Origin: Escherichia coli | Lineage (GTDB): Bacteria; Pseudomonadota; Gammaproteobacteria; Enterobacterales; Enterobacteriaceae | NCBI RefSeq assembly: GCF_044324785.1 | Contig: NZ_CP172127.1 | Reading direction: 5' to 3' (one strand) | Length of the DNA stretch: 64,000 nt | Shown: positions 15,478 to 32,725 of the stretch, one piece after another | How the letters are laid out: each line of letters starts with the position of its first letter | Numbering within the stretch: the stretch's first letter is position 1 | Program-made: the position numbers and the translations under genes | Notes under the pieces: model-generated | What the model was told of the DNA's origin: nothing | Seen by the model: only the letters and a program-made list of their open reading frames with translations | The model's database searches: none

Positions 15478-16017
15478 TTAATTAAACCAGCTGTCCGATT
15501 TGTTCTCTTCTGCTTTGCCCACGCTTTTCATCAGATCGCGACCGCCCTCAGTCATATTCCTGTTTGCGTCAGCTTCAGATTGCACCACATCGGTTTGCGC
15601 AGCTTTGTGCTTCAGTTCCTGATCGATAAATTCGTTTTCGCGCTTAACGCGGGCTTCTTCTTTCGCCAGCGCCAGTTTTTGTTTCTGAATCTCTAAGCTG
15701 CGTAGCTCATCTTCATAACTTTGATCGCGTTTTTTGTCCGCAGTGGCTTCGGCGTCCAGTTTATCCTGACGAGCTTTCTTATTTGCCGCTGCCGTTGCCG
15801 CTCTTTTATTAGCGGCGGCCTGGGCATTTGCGCGACGTTGCTTCTCTTGCTGGATTTCCCTGTTGCGCTCCGCGACCCATTCGTCATGCTGCCTTTGCTC
15901 TTCATTTTTACCTTGCTGTTCCGCTTCTGCGACAGCAGAGAGTTGATCCTGCAATGATGAGGCGATAGCCGGATAGCTTAAGGAGGCTAAGATGGCGCAA
16001 AGAAAAACTTTCTTCAT
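15478..16017 (-). CDS. yfgI: YfgI, periplasmic Lys/Ala/Gln-rich protein (179 aa)
   Basis: Signal peptide and a charged repeat body. Matches K-12 YfgI by recollection and synteny. Confidence 0.9.
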   Translation of the reverse strand: MKKVFLCAILASLSYPAIASSLQDQLSAVAEAEQQGKNEEQRQHDEWVAERNREIQQEKQRRANAQAAANKRAATAAANKKARQDKLDAEATADKKRDQSYEDELRSLEIQKQKLALAKEEARVKRENEFIDQELKHKAAQTDVVQSEADANRNMTEGGRDLMKSVGKAEENKSDSWFN

Positions 16018-16032
16018 GACTCCTCCTGATTA

Positions 16033-16551
16033 TTAGCTCTTTTCAGGACATTTGGTATTTGGCTGAATACGCGTTTCGTTATACGTCGTGGTAATAACAA
16101 CGGCTAAACCTGTCGTAAACTGGCACTCTTTACCCACCTGGGTGGAGGTATACACTTTGGTGCCTTCCTTATACGTTAGAGAAACACCTTCCACTAAGGT
16201 TTTATCATTCACCATAGAACCTGCTGCCGCGCCTACAGCTCCGCCGCCAACTGCACCTGCCGTCGTTCCGGAATTGCTGCCAGACCCGACGTTGTGGCCA
16301 ATAACACCGCCAGCGACTGCACCAATAAGCGCGCCGAAGGCTTGTGCGTTTCGTTTATTTTGGGAGTTGTCTACGGCAACTTTTGCGGGAAGAATGGAAA
16401 TAATATTAACGGTTTTAGTTTCTTGTTTGGTATTCAGTTGATCGGTTTGATAAACATCGGCGGCATGATCATCAGCATTTGACTGGCATCCTGCCAGAGT
16501 GAATGACGCTAACATTGCCACAGGCAGAAGACATTTTTTAAATTTCATCAC
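16033..16551 (-). CDS. yfgH: YfgH outer-membrane lipoprotein (glycine-zipper), 172 aa
   Basis: Lipobox FTLAGC and a Gly-rich GAVGGGAVGAAAG segment. Confidence 0.92.
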   Translation of the reverse strand: MMKFKKCLLPVAMLASFTLAGCQSNADDHAADVYQTDQLNTKQETKTVNIISILPAKVAVDNSQNKRNAQAFGALIGAVAGGVIGHNVGSGSNSGTTAGAVGGGAVGAAAGSMVNDKTLVEGVSLTYKEGTKVYTSTQVGKECQFTTGLAVVITTTYNETRIQPNTKCPEKS

Positions 16552-16861
16552 TATTCCTTGTTATACACATTACGAAAAATAAGACATTTAAGATCATCAA
16601 AAGAGGAAAGTAAATGTATTGCGTATAAAGGAATAGATTAAATTTATTAAAATTCATGTGGAAAATAATTTATAAAAATACATCATTAAAACATATGTAT
16701 TAATTTTATATTTATTTCGCAGCCAAACAGGATAAACATCAGTCAGGACAAAGACGTAAAATTTAAGATGAAAGAATATCTGCCGCTTTGATAATCCCAA
16801 AGAGCAAAAGCATCCGACAGCGAGGTGCCGTTATGTTCTGTGAAAGTGGAGAAGGTAACCG

Positions 16862-17053
16862 CTAACGTTGTACCGGTGATTCGACGGAGAGTGTGGATTG
16901 CTGAGCTTCTTTTTTGCTCTGATGGTGCTGCCATGCACCGACGGACGAGTAGATAAAACGGCCAAAGAAGAAGATAAAGCTGATGAGCAGTACGATACGG
17001 GTCATGCGACTGTTAAATCGGTGTCGTTTTCGCATACTGGTTGCCTGACTCAC
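16862..17053 (-). CDS. yfgG: YfgG small membrane protein (63 aa)
   Basis: Single TM helix IVLLISFIFFFGRFIY. Synteny with K-12. Confidence 0.85.
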   Translation of the reverse strand: MSQATSMRKRHRFNSRMTRIVLLISFIFFFGRFIYSSVGAWQHHQSKKEAQQSTLSVESPVQR

Positions 17054-17262
17054 AAAAGGTTCCTTGAAGTATGTCCCACGCTGTGGACGGTACTTACATT
17101 AAGGCACAACAGGACAAAATGGTCAATTCTTCGTTATGTAAAAAAGCGTCAGTGGATACATATTTTAATGTTATGGAAGTTAATTTAATTATTTACAATG
17201 ATGATGTAATAATGATGAATTAACATGATAAACGTAATAATTCATTAATCAGGGTTATTTTG

Positions 17263-17276
17263 TTTGATATATATCA
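17263..17276 (+). promoter_or_regulatory. perfect FNR box TTGAT-ATAT-ATCAA, now separated from pdeF by IS5
   Basis: Exact match to TTGAT-N4-ATCAA. In the reconstructed pre-insertion sequence its centre is 41.5 bp upstream of the TSS predicted from the TAGAAT hexamer. Confidence 0.75.
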
Positions 17277-17297
17277 ATTGGAACTTTCATATGACAC

Positions 17298-17301
17298 TTA
17301 G
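17298..17301. repeat. IS5 target-site duplication, left copy (TTAG)
   Basis: TTAG directly flanks both ends of the IS. Confidence 0.9.
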
Positions 17302-18496
<1,195 letters not shown>

Positions 18497-18500
18497 TTAG
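18497..18500. repeat. IS5 target-site duplication, right copy (TTAG)
   Basis: Identical to 17298-17301. Confidence 0.9.
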
Positions 18501-18503
18501 AAT
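18498..18503 (+). promoter_or_regulatory. retained -10 hexamer TAGAAT of the pdeF promoter (half of it is the duplicated target)
   Basis: TAGAAT lies about 100 nt upstream of ATG 18604. It is now preceded by the IS5 right end instead of the FNR box. Confidence 0.5.
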
Positions 18504-18603
18504 CAATGCTCTCTATAGTGATGAATAATCATCATTCGAAGTCAGGTGGGATGCCTGTCTGAATACACCTCCTTCAGGATGTGGGGGATTCTGCTGAGCA
18601 TCT

Positions 18604-20847
18604 ATGAAACTGAATGCAACCTATATAAAAATACGTGATAAATGGTGGGGGCTTCCGCTGTTCCTGCCTTCTTTAATCTTGCCCATTTTCGCCCACATTA
18701 ATACTTTCGCGCATATTTCTTCCGGTGGGGTTTTTCTCTTTTATCTGCCTCTGGCACTGATGATCAGCATGATGATGTTTTTCAGCTGGGCGGCATTGCC
18801 AGGGATCGCCTTAGGGATTTTTGTCCGCAAATATGCAGAGCTGGGTTTTTACGAAACGCTCTCATTAACGGCTAATTTTATTATCATTATCATTCTCTGT
18901 TGGGGCGGTTACAGGGTCTTTACTCCCCGGCGTAACAACGTTTCACATGGTGATACCCGTTTAATTTCCCAGCGTATATTCTGGCAGATTGTGTTTCCTG
19001 CAACGCTGTTTCTGATACTTTTCCAGTTTGCCGCATTTGTAGGATTACTGGCGAGTAGAGAAAATCTGGTCGGCGTCATGCCTTTTAACCTCGGGACATT
19101 AATCAATTATCAGGCCTTACTGGTGGGTAATCTGATCGGTGTCCCGCTGTGCTACTTCATCATTCGAGTGGTGCGAAATCCGTTTTATTTACGTAGCTAT
19201 TATTCGCAATTAAAACAGCAGGTTGATGTCAAAGTCACCAAAAAAGAGTTCGCGCTCTGGCTACTGGCATTAGGTGCGTTGTTGTTGCTGTTATGCATGC
19301 CGTTAAATGAAAAAAGCACAATTTTTAGCACCAATTATACCCTGTCATTATTGCTGCCCCTGATGATGTGGGGAGCCATGCGCTATGGTTATAAGTTGAT
19401 TTCGCTGCTCTGGGCGGTCGTGCTGATGATCAGCATCCACAGCTATCAAAATTACATTCCCATTTATCCTGGATATACCACGCAACTGACCATAACCTCC
19501 TCCAGTTATCTGGTATTTTCTTTTATTGTTAATTATATGGCTGTACTGGCAACCCGTCAGCGAGCGGTAGTCAGACGCATTCAGCGGCTTGCGTATGTGG
19601 ACCCGGTGGTTCATCTGCCAAATGTTCGCGCCCTGAATCGCGCGTTGCGTGATGCCCCCTGGTCTGCGCTTTGTTATTTACGCATCCCTGGCATGGAAAT
19701 GCTGGTTAAAAACTATGGCATCATGCTACGGATTCAGTACAAGCAAAAACTTTCTCACTGGCTGTCACCCTTGCTGGAACCGGGTGAAGATGTTTATCAG
19801 CTTTCGGGTAACGATCTCGCGCTGCGACTGAATACAGAATCGCACCAGGAGCGCATTACCGCACTGGATAGCCATCTCAAGCAATTTCGTTTCTTTTGGG
19901 ATGGCATGCCGATGCAACCGCAGATTGGCGTCAGTTACTGCTATGTGCGCTCGCCAGTGAATCATATCTACCTGCTGCTGGGAGAGCTAAATACGGTCGC
20001 CGAACTTTCCATCGTGACCAACGCCCCGGAAAATATGCAGCGTCGCGGGGCAATGTATTTGCAACGCGAATTGAAAGATAAAGTCGCGATGATGAATCGA
20101 CTACAGCAGGCGCTGGAACACAACCATTTTTTCCTGATGGCCCAGCCGATTACCGGTATGCGTGGTGATGTTTACCATGAAATTCTTCTGCGCATGAAAG
20201 GTGAGAATGATGAATTGATCAGCCCCGATAGCTTCTTGCCGGTCGCGCACGAATTTGGTTTATCGTCGAGTATCGACATGTGGGTCATTGAGCATACGCT
20301 GCAATTTATGGCTGAAAACAGAGCGAAGATGCCCGCTCACCGTTTTGCTATTAATCTGTCTCCAACCTCGGTATGTCAGGCTCGTTTTCCTGTTGAAGTC
20401 AGTCAGTTGCTGGCTAAATATCAGATTGAAGCGTGGCAACTTATTTTTGAAGTCACCGAAAGTAATGCTCTGACCAATGTTAAGCAGGCGCAAATCACCT
20501 TGCAGCATCTTCAGGAATTAGGCTGCCAGATTGCGATTGATGATTTCGGCACCGGCTACGCCAGCTATGCGCGGCTTAAAAATGTGAATGCCGATCTGCT
20601 TAAAATTGACGGCAGTTTTATCCGCAATATTGTGTCAAATAGTCTGGATTATCAGATAGTGGCATCGATTTGCCACCTGGCGCGAATGAAGAAAATGCTG
20701 GTAGTGGCAGAGTACGTTGAAAACGAAGAGATCCGCGAGGCGGTGCTCTCTTTGGGGATCGATTATATGCAGGGTTATCTTATTGGTAAGCCGCAGCCGT
20801 TAATTGATACGTTGAATGAAATCGAACCCATTCGCGAAAGTGCCTGA
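18604..20847 (+). CDS. pdeF: cyclic-di-GMP phosphodiesterase PdeF (YfgF), 747 aa
   Basis: Polytopic N-terminal membrane domain, degenerate GGDEF region and a C-terminal EAL domain (FEVTES...AIDDFGTGYAS). Confidence 0.95.
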   Translation: MKLNATYIKIRDKWWGLPLFLPSLILPIFAHINTFAHISSGGVFLFYLPLALMISMMMFFSWAALPGIALGIFVRKYAELGFYETLSLTANFIIIIILCWGGYRVFTPRRNNVSHGDTRLISQRIFWQIVFPATLFLILFQFAAFVGLLASRENLVGVMPFNLGTLINYQALLVGNLIGVPLCYFIIRVVRNPFYLRSYYSQLKQQVDVKVTKKEFALWLLALGALLLLLCMPLNEKSTIFSTNYTLSLLLPLMMWGAMRYGYKLISLLWAVVLMISIHSYQNYIPIYPGYTTQLTITSSSYLVFSFIVNYMAVLATRQRAVVRRIQRLAYVDPVVHLPNVRALNRALRDAPWSALCYLRIPGMEMLVKNYGIMLRIQYKQKLSHWLSPLLEPGEDVYQLSGNDLALRLNTESHQERITALDSHLKQFRFFWDGMPMQPQIGVSYCYVRSPVNHIYLLLGELNTVAELSIVTNAPENMQRRGAMYLQRELKDKVAMMNRLQQALEHNHFFLMAQPITGMRGDVYHEILLRMKGENDELISPDSFLPVAHEFGLSSSIDMWVIEHTLQFMAENRAKMPAHRFAINLSPTSVCQARFPVEVSQLLAKYQIEAWQLIFEVTESNALTNVKQAQITLQHLQELGCQIAIDDFGTGYASYARLKNVNADLLKIDGSFIRNIVSNSLDYQIVASICHLARMKKMLVVAEYVENEEIREAVLSLGIDYMQGYLIGKPQPLIDTLNEIEPIRESA

Positions 20848-20852
20848 ATAAT

Positions 20853-20879
20853 GCGGGCCGACATTTCTCGTCGGCCCGC
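20853..20879. terminator. convergent hairpin between pdeF and ppx
   Basis: GCGGGCCGAC-ATTTCTC-GTCGGCCCGC, with no strong U tract on either side. Confidence 0.5.
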
Positions 20880-20885
20880 AAAGTA

Positions 20886-24498
<3,613 letters not shown>

Positions 24499-24625
24499 TA
24501 CCACTTTTACTCCGTTTTATTCACGGGACACTGCCTGGATATTATGGCGAGCAATATTGGCAGATGTCCAACTATGCCAGAAAAGGGGGAAAAAAACTGC
24601 TGGAGCTTGCGATTTACAGGTGAAT

Positions 24626-24654
24626 TGAAAAACGCCAGCGGCAGAGCTGGCGTT
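24626..24654 (-). terminator. purMN terminator
   Basis: Minus strand reads AACGCCAGC-TCTGCC-GCTGGCGTT followed by TTTTC. Confidence 0.7.
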
Positions 24655-24668
24655 TTAACTACGGGGCA

Positions 24669-25306
24669 TTACTCGTCGGCAGCGTAGCCCTGCTGCGGCA
24701 GACGTTGACCATCCAGCCACGCGGCGTTTTCGTGCATTTTCAGACGACCATCGGCAAACCAGCTAATCACCAGTGGATAAATAGCGTGTTCCTGGGTTTG
24801 CACGCGGGCGGTGATGTCATCTTCCGTATCACCAGCAAATACCGGGACTTTCGCCTGTAAAATAACCGGGCCACCGTCCAGTTCATCGGTGACGAAATGC
24901 ACTGATGTACCGTGCTCTTCATCGCCATTTTCCAGGGCCTGACGATGGGTGTGTAATCCGGGATATTTCGGCAGCAGAGAAGGGTGAATGTTCAGCAAAC
25001 GCCCGGCATAGTGGGAGACAAACGCCGGGCTGAGAATGCGCATAAAACCAGCCAGCACGACCACATCGGGTGCGTACATGTCGATTTCATGAATCAACTC
25101 CCGGTCATAGGCTTCACGACTGTCAAACGCGCTGGCGATGAGCGTATGCGTTGCAATACCCGCCTGGCGGGCGCGTTCAAGGCCGAACGCGTCGGCCTTA
25201 TTGCTGAAAACTGCCCGTACGGTGCCTTTAATTTTGTTGGTTTTGCAGGCGTCAATAATTGCCTGCAAATTACTTCCGTTGCCGGAAATAAGCACCACAA
25301 TATTCA

Positions 25307-25307
<1 letters not shown>
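24669..25307 (-). CDS. purN: phosphoribosylglycinamide formyltransferase
   Basis: 212 aa with the NIHPSLLP motif. Confidence 0.97.
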
Positions 25308-26362
<1,055 letters not shown>

Positions 26363-26407
26363 TTACTTGCGGTAGAAAAATAAAATTCGGCGCAATTCTA
26401 ACAGGGA

Positions 26408-26423
26408 AAGCAAACGTTTGCGA
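26408..26423. promoter_or_regulatory. PurR operator upstream of purMN
   Basis: AAGCAAACGTTTGCGA contains the 12 bp palindrome GCAAACGTTTGC. Confidence 0.8.
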
Positions 26424-26668
26424 GACTGCTTTACACAACCTTTTTGCACGTCTTTTCCCCAGGCGCGCGGCAAAACAATACTTGTACCAGGGCAAAGGAT
26501 CGTTTTCGGATGGAATAATCTTCTTCCATAACCATTTGAATACAAAATAACTTTATCTCAAACCGTTATCATTTTGACTAAAGTCAACGAAAATAATATT
26601 GCCGCCTTGAAGAAAGGAGGTATAATCCGTCGATTTTTTTTGTGGCTGCCCCTCAAAGGAGAAAGAGT

Positions 26669-27295
26669 ATGAAGATCGTGGAAGTCAAACACCCACTCGT
26701 CAAACACAAGCTGGGACTGATGCGTGAGCAAGATATCAGCACCAAGCGCTTTCGCGAACTCGCTTCCGAAGTGGGTAGCCTGCTGACTTACGAAGCGACC
26801 GCCGACCTCGAAACGGAAAAAGTAACTATCGAAGGCTGGAACGGCCCGGTAGAAATCGACCAGATCAAAGGTAAGAAAATTACCGTTGTGCCAATTCTGC
26901 GTGCGGGTCTTGGTATGATGGACGGTGTGCTGGAAAACGTTCCGAGCGCGCGCATCAGCGTTGTCGGTATGTACCGTAATGAAGAAACGCTGGAGCCGGT
27001 ACCGTACTTCCAGAAACTGGTTTCTAACATCGATGAGCGTATGGCGCTGATCGTTGACCCAATGCTGGCAACCGGTGGTTCCGTTATCGCGACCATCGAC
27101 CTGCTGAAAAAAGCGGGCTGCAGCAGCATCAAAGTTCTGGTGCTGGTCGCTGCGCCAGAAGGTATCGCTGCGCTGGAAAAAGCGCACCCGGACGTCGAAC
27201 TGTATACCGCATCGATTGACCAGGGACTGAACGAGCACGGATACATTATTCCGGGCCTCGGCGATGCCGGTGACAAAATCTTTGGTACGAAATAA
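26669..27295 (+). CDS. upp: uracil phosphoribosyltransferase
   Basis: 208 aa from [18 protein letters not shown] loop [12 protein letters not shown]. Confidence 0.97.
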
Positions 27296-27311
27296 AGAAT
27301 AAAAATAATTA

Positions 27312-27339
27312 AAGCCGACTTTAAGAGTCGGCTTTTTTT
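27312..27339 (+). terminator. upp terminator/attenuator
   Basis: AGCCGAC-TTTAAGA-GTCGGCT followed by TTTTTTT. Confidence 0.8.
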
Positions 27340-27380
27340 TGAGTAAAGCGCCTATAACACATAATACAGAGGATAATACT

Positions 27381-28670
27381 ATGACGCGCCGTGCTATCGG
27401 GGTGAGTGAAAGACCGCCACTTTTACAGACAATCCCGCTTAGTTTGCAACATTTGTTCGCCATGTTTGGTGCAACCGTCCTGGTGCCCGTCTTATTTCAT
27501 ATTAACCCGGCGACTGTACTGTTATTTAACGGTATAGGAACGCTGCTATATCTCTTCATCTGTAAAGGGAAAATTCCGGCTTATCTTGGTTCCAGCTTTG
27601 CCTTTATTTCACCGGTATTGTTACTGTTGCCGTTGGGGTATGAAGTCGCGCTGGGCGGCTTTATTATGTGCGGCGTGCTGTTCTGCCTGGTTTCTTTTAT
27701 CGTGAAGAAAGCGGGGACCGGCTGGCTGGACGTGCTGTTTCCACCTGCGGCAATGGGCGCAATCGTTGCCGTCATCGGTCTGGAGCTGGCGGGCGTAGCT
27801 GCCGGTATGGCAGGTTTACTCCCGGCTGAAGGGCAAACTCCAGACTCCAAAACCATCATCATCTCCATTACCACCCTGGCAGTCACGGTTTTAGGTTCCG
27901 TGCTGTTTCGTGGTTTCCTGGCAATTATCCCGATTTTAATTGGCGTGCTGGTGGGCTACGCGCTCTCTTTCGCAATGGGAATTGTCGATACCACGCCGAT
28001 TATTAATGCTCACTGGTTTGCGCTGCCAACCCTCTATACGCCGCGCTTCGAGTGGTTTGCCATTCTGACTATTCTGCCAGCGGCGTTAGTGGTTATTGCC
28101 GAACACGTAGGGCACCTGGTGGTAACGGCTAATATCGTCAAAAAAGATCTGCTGCGCGATCCAGGTCTGCACCGTTCGATGTTTGCTAACGGCTTGTCGA
28201 CCGTGATCTCCGGCTTCTTTGGCTCCACGCCAAATACCACCTACGGGGAAAACATTGGCGTGATGGCGATCACCCGTGTTTACAGTACCTGGGTTATCGG
28301 CGGGGCAGCGATTTTCGCTATCCTGCTTTCCTGCGTCGGTAAACTGGCTGCTGCTATCCAGATGATCCCATTGCCGGTGATGGGCGGCGTTTCGCTGCTG
28401 CTTTATGGTGTCATCGGTGCTTCCGGTATTCGTGTTTTGATCGAATCGAAAGTGGATTACAACAAAGCACAGAACCTGATCCTGACTTCCGTGATTTTGA
28501 TCATCGGTGTCAGTGGCGCGAAGGTAAACATCGGCGCGGCGGAGCTGAAAGGTATGGCGCTGGCGACCATCGTCGGTATCGGCTTAAGTTTGATCTTCAA
28601 ACTGATTAGTGTGCTGCGCCCTGAAGAAGTGGTGCTGGACGCAGAAGACGCGGATATAACAGACAAATAA
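27381..28670 (+). CDS. uraA: uracil:H+ symporter
   Basis: 429 aa from [19 protein letters not shown]2-family polytopic protein. Confidence 0.96.
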   Translation: MTRRAIGVSERPPLLQTIPLSLQHLFAMFGATVLVPVLFHINPATVLLFNGIGTLLYLFICKGKIPAYLGSSFAFISPVLLLLPLGYEVALGGFIMCGVLFCLVSFIVKKAGTGWLDVLFPPAAMGAIVAVIGLELAGVAAGMAGLLPAEGQTPDSKTIIISITTLAVTVLGSVLFRGFLAIIPILIGVLVGYALSFAMGIVDTTPIINAHWFALPTLYTPRFEWFAILTILPAALVVIAEHVGHLVVTANIVKKDLLRDPGLHRSMFANGLSTVISGFFGSTPNTTYGENIGVMAITRVYSTWVIGGAAIFAILLSCVGKLAAAIQMIPLPVMGGVSLLLYGVIGASGIRVLIESKVDYNKAQNLILTSVILIIGVSGAKVNIGAAELKGMALATIVGIGLSLIFKLISVLRPEEVVLDAEDADITDK

Positions 28671-28764
28671 TGTACCGACCGGGCAGTGTTGCTGCCCGGT
28701 TCAAACATCATGGGATTCTGTGGTAAACTTCTCGCGATTTTGTGAAATCCTGGTTGAGGTATCT

Positions 28765-29466
28765 CTGAACACACCGGCACAGCTCTCTTTGCCACTTTAT
28801 CTTCCTGACGACGAAACCTTTGCAAGTTTCTGGCCGGGGGATAACTCCTCTTTACTGGCCGCGCTGCAAAACGTGCTGCGTCAGGAACATAGCGGTTACA
28901 TCTATCTCTGGGCACGCGAAGGCGCGGGGCGCAGCCATCTGCTGCACGCGGCTTGCGCGGAATTGTCGCAGCGTGGCGATGCGGTGGGCTATGTCCCGCT
29001 GGATAAACGCACCTGGTTTGTTCCGGAAGTGCTCGACGGTATGGAGCATTTGTCGCTGGTCTGTATCGACAACATTGAGTGTATTGCAGGCGATGAGTTG
29101 TGGGAGATGGCGATTTTCGATCTCTACAATCGAATTCTGGAATCGGGCAAAACACGATTGTTGATCACTGGCGATCGTCCACCGCGGCAGTTGAATCTGG
29201 GATTACCGGATCTCGCGTCGCGACTCGACTGGGGGCAGATCTACAAATTGCAGCCACTTTCTGATGAAGATAAGTTGCAGGCGCTACAGTTACGCGCGCG
29301 TTTGCGTGGTTTTGAACTGCCGGAAGATGTGGGGCGTTTCTTGCTGAAGCGGCTCGACAGAGAAATGCGCACGTTATTTATGACGTTGGATCAGTTGGAT
29401 CGTGCGTCGATTACCGCGCAACGTAAGCTGACCATTCCGTTTGTGAAAGAAATTCTGAAACTGTAG
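28765..29466 (+). CDS. hda: Hda, DnaA-inactivating AAA+ protein
   Basis: 233 aa if started at the CTG ([11 protein letters not shown]), as I recall for the revised K-12 start. N-terminal clamp-binding QLSLPL motif. Confidence 0.85.
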
Positions 29467-29508
29467 ACAAGACGTTTATTGTCGGAAATGCACCCATAGT
29501 ATTCGTCG

Positions 29509-29541
29509 GCCGGATAAGACGCGGCAAGCGTCGCATCCGGC
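29509..29541. repeat. REP element
   Basis: GCCGGATAAGACGCGGCAAGCGTCGCATCCGGC. Confidence 0.8.
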
Positions 29542-29571
29542 AATGTGCTTCAACTAGCGATGGAGCACTTC

Positions 29572-29931
29572 TTAACCCACGATTTCCAGCACCTGCTCCG
29601 GTGGACGACCAATTCGCGCTTTGCCATTCGCGACCACAATCGGGCGCTCCATTAGCTTCGGATTATCCACCATTGCCTGAATCAGCGCCTCTTCGCTAAG
29701 CGAACTGTCAGCCAGGTTCAGTTCTTTATAAAGATCCTCTTTCTGGCGCATCAATTCACGAGCGCTATTCATCCCCAGCATTTTCAGCAAATCACGCAGC
29801 GTTGCCGCATCGGCGGGTGTCTCAAGGTAGAGCACCACTTCTGGCTCCACGCCGTTTTCTTTCAGCAGGTTCAGCGTTTCCCGGCTCTTTGAACAGCGTG
29901 GGTTATGGTAGATTTTTACCTGTTTGGTCAT
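29572..29931 (-). CDS. yfgD: ArsC/Spx-family reductase-like protein YfgD
   Basis: 119 aa with the NPRCSKSR motif. Confidence 0.93.
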   Translation of the reverse strand: MTKQVKIYHNPRCSKSRETLNLLKENGVEPEVVLYLETPADAATLRDLLKMLGMNSARELMRQKEDLYKELNLADSSLSEEALIQAMVDNPKLMERPIVVANGKARIGRPPEQVLEIVG

Positions 29932-29951
29932 TGTTCTTCCTTTAATGCGAA

Positions 29952-31415
29952 TTACATCTTGGTATAAGGCTTAAAGCGTTCTTGCAGCTGGCGCAACTGG
30001 TCGATGCGCGCATCGTAACGCGCTTGTTGCAGGCTGCCTAATTTCACCTGCGAACTGGCGCTACTCAACAAGGAAATGGCCTGATCGAGTCGCCCGGCGA
30101 GCGCATAACCTTCTGCTCGCGCAGCCAGTTCCTGATCGCGGTTATTTAGCGCGGCCTCCGCCTGTGCCAGTAAATCCCAGCCATTGCTGTCATCTTTATT
30201 ATTAAATGTGTAGCGATTCAGAATATTGGCCGCTTCTTGTGGTTGACCGCCTTGCAGATAAGCGTTCGCCAGGTTGAGCTGCAACACTGGATTGGTGCGC
30301 AAATCACGGGCATTTTTCAGGCGATTGATCGCTTCATTGGCTTTGTTTTGCCCAAGATCGATATCGGTAGCCAGATCGAGATACCATGCGTTGCCAGGTT
30401 CTGCCGCCAGTAACGGTTGCAGCGTTTTACGCGCTTCGTCGTATTTATTGGCTTCCATCGCCTGTAAAGCACGACCATATTGCGCCGCTCGTTGCTGACG
30501 AACGTTTCCTTTCGCCCATTCATCCAGCAAATCACTGGTGAGCTGATTACGTCCGGAATTATACATCCCCAGTGTGCGCGCTTTCGCCAGATAGAAATCT
30601 TCCGACGACTGCACCACCATCGGGCGCATCTGATTAGCACGGTTGCGGGCATCTGCCAGACGACTTTCCGGCAATGGGTGAGTCAATAAAATTTCTGGCG
30701 GACGCGAGGAGTAACGCGCCTGATCGAGCAATTTTTCGAGGAAGGTCGGCATCGCCTGCGGATCGAATCCTGAGCGTTGCAGCACCTGAATACCAATGCG
30801 ATCCGCTTCCTGTTCATTTTGCTGGGTGAAGCTGATCATCCCCTGGCGCGTTCCCGCCAGTGTACCGGTCAGCGCTGCCATCCCCGCCTGCGGACTGGCC
30901 ATCGCCAGTAAAATAGAACCTAACGCGCCGACCCAGGTCAGCGGCGCGCTGCGCTGTTGATCTTCCATCGCTCGCGCCAGGTGACGTTGGGTGACGTGGG
31001 AGATTTCGTGCGCCATAACTGAAGCCAGTTGGCTTTCGTTATCGGAATAACGGAACAGGGCAGAGTGCAGTACCACGTTGCCGCCAAAGAAAGCAAAGGC
31101 GTTAATTTCGTCGTTGTTGATCAGAAAAAAATGAAACGGTGTCTTAACCGAATTGGCATGCGAAACCAGACGCATTCCTAGTGAATTAATGTACTGCGTT
31201 AATAGTGGATCATTAATTAACGGCGCGCTGCCGCGTAGCTGGCGGACATAATAGTCGCCCATCTGCATTTCCTGACCAATGGAAAGCGTGCTTCCTGCGG
31301 AGGTTCCCATATCCGGCAAGGTGTCTGCGCTGTCGGCAAACGCCGGGGCTACCTGACCAATGGTCATAGCAGCAATGAGGGTTGCAACCAGGTTTTTTTT
31401 CAACTGCCTGAACAT
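29952..31415 (-). CDS. bepA: periplasmic M48 metalloprotease/chaperone BepA
   Basis: 487 aa with a signal peptide, HEISH zinc motif and C-terminal TPR repeats. Confidence 0.96.
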
Positions 31416-31627
31416 AACCTCTATCCTGTATTTCTGAAGATAGTCATTTGACCGATACTGTGAAATATCGTTCCCACCGCGCCGCCTTTGAGTGTAACGG
31501 CGAAGATTAGCCCACTCAAATGACTTTTCAGTTTCCTGAATCCGTCATAAAAAGCGAAGTCTTTTTTGTGACATTTCGATACAATTGCGGATCGCAATCC
31601 CGCTCTTGAGGTTCAGGGAAGGTCTTT

Positions 31628-32689
31628 ATGCTCGAAATGTTGATGCAATGGTATCGCCGCCGTTTTAGCGACCCGGAAGCGATTGCCTTGCTGGTTATTT
31701 TAGTTGCCGGATTTGGCATTATCTTTTTCTTTAGTGGCCTGCTTGCTCCGTTGCTGGTGGCTATTGTGCTGGCCTATTTGCTGGAATGGCCAACCGTGCG
31801 CCTGCAATCTATTGGCTGCTCCCGCCGCTGGGCGACGTCGATTGTATTGGTGGTTTTCGTCGGTATATTGCTACTGATGGCGTTTGTGGTACTGCCTATC
31901 GCCTGGCAACAGGGCATCTACTTAATCCGCGATATGCCGGGGATGCTCAATAAGCTTTCTGACTTTGCCGCCACGTTGCCGCGCCGCTATCCGGCGTTAA
32001 TGGACGCGGGCATTATTGATGCAATGGCCGAAAATATGCGCAGTCGGATGCTTACCATGGGCGATTCGGTGGTGAAAATTTCCCTCGCCTCGCTGGTCGG
32101 TTTGCTGACCATAGCCGTCTATCTGGTGCTGGTGCCATTGATGGTCTTCTTCCTGCTGAAAGACAAAGAGCAGATGCTGAACGCCGTTCGTCGGGTGCTA
32201 CCGCGTAACCGCGGACTGGCAGGACAGGTGTGGAAGGAGATGAATCAACAAATCACCAACTATATCCGCGGCAAAGTGCTGGAGATGATCGTGGTGGGGA
32301 TCGCCACCTGGCTGGGATTCTTACTCTTCGGGCTGAACTATTCGCTGCTGCTGGCGGTGCTGGTCGGCTTCTCGGTACTTATTCCGTACATTGGTGCATT
32401 TGTGGTGACCATTCCGGTGGTTGGCGTGGCGCTATTCCAGTTTGGTGCTGGCACGGAATTCTGGAGCTGCTTCGCGGTGTATCTGATCATTCAGGCGCTG
32501 GACGGCAACCTGTTAGTACCTGTGTTGTTCTCCGAAGCGGTTAACCTGCATCCGCTGGTCATTATTTTATCAGTAGTGATCTTCGGTGGTTTGTGGGGAT
32601 TCTGGGGCGTATTCTTCGCCATTCCATTGGCGACGCTGATCAAAGCCGTGATTCACGCCTGGCCCGATGGGCAAATCGCGCAAGAATAA
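31628..32689 (+). CDS. perM: AI-2E/PerM-family permease
   Basis: 353 aa polytopic membrane protein. K-12 synteny. Confidence 0.93.
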   Translation: MLEMLMQWYRRRFSDPEAIALLVILVAGFGIIFFFSGLLAPLLVAIVLAYLLEWPTVRLQSIGCSRRWATSIVLVVFVGILLLMAFVVLPIAWQQGIYLIRDMPGMLNKLSDFAATLPRRYPALMDAGIIDAMAENMRSRMLTMGDSVVKISLASLVGLLTIAVYLVLVPLMVFFLLKDKEQMLNAVRRVLPRNRGLAGQVWKEMNQQITNYIRGKVLEMIVVGIATWLGFLLFGLNYSLLLAVLVGFSVLIPYIGAFVVTIPVVGVALFQFGAGTEFWSCFAVYLIIQALDGNLLVPVLFSEAVNLHPLVIILSVVIFGGLWGFWGVFFAIPLATLIKAVIHAWPDGQIAQE

Positions 32690-32725
32690 TCTTCAGCCCG
32701 ACGAACTGTTTCGCCGGGCTGATTT

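Noticed and set aside
26558-27463. 301-aa minus-strand ORF
   Set aside because: It is antisense to upp and the upp-uraA junction. upp is unambiguous and the composition is that of a shadow frame.
28457-29155. 232-aa minus-strand ORF
   Set aside because: It is antisense to the uraA 3' end and hda. The Arg/Pro/Ala-rich translation is typical of the reverse frame of a GC-rich gene.
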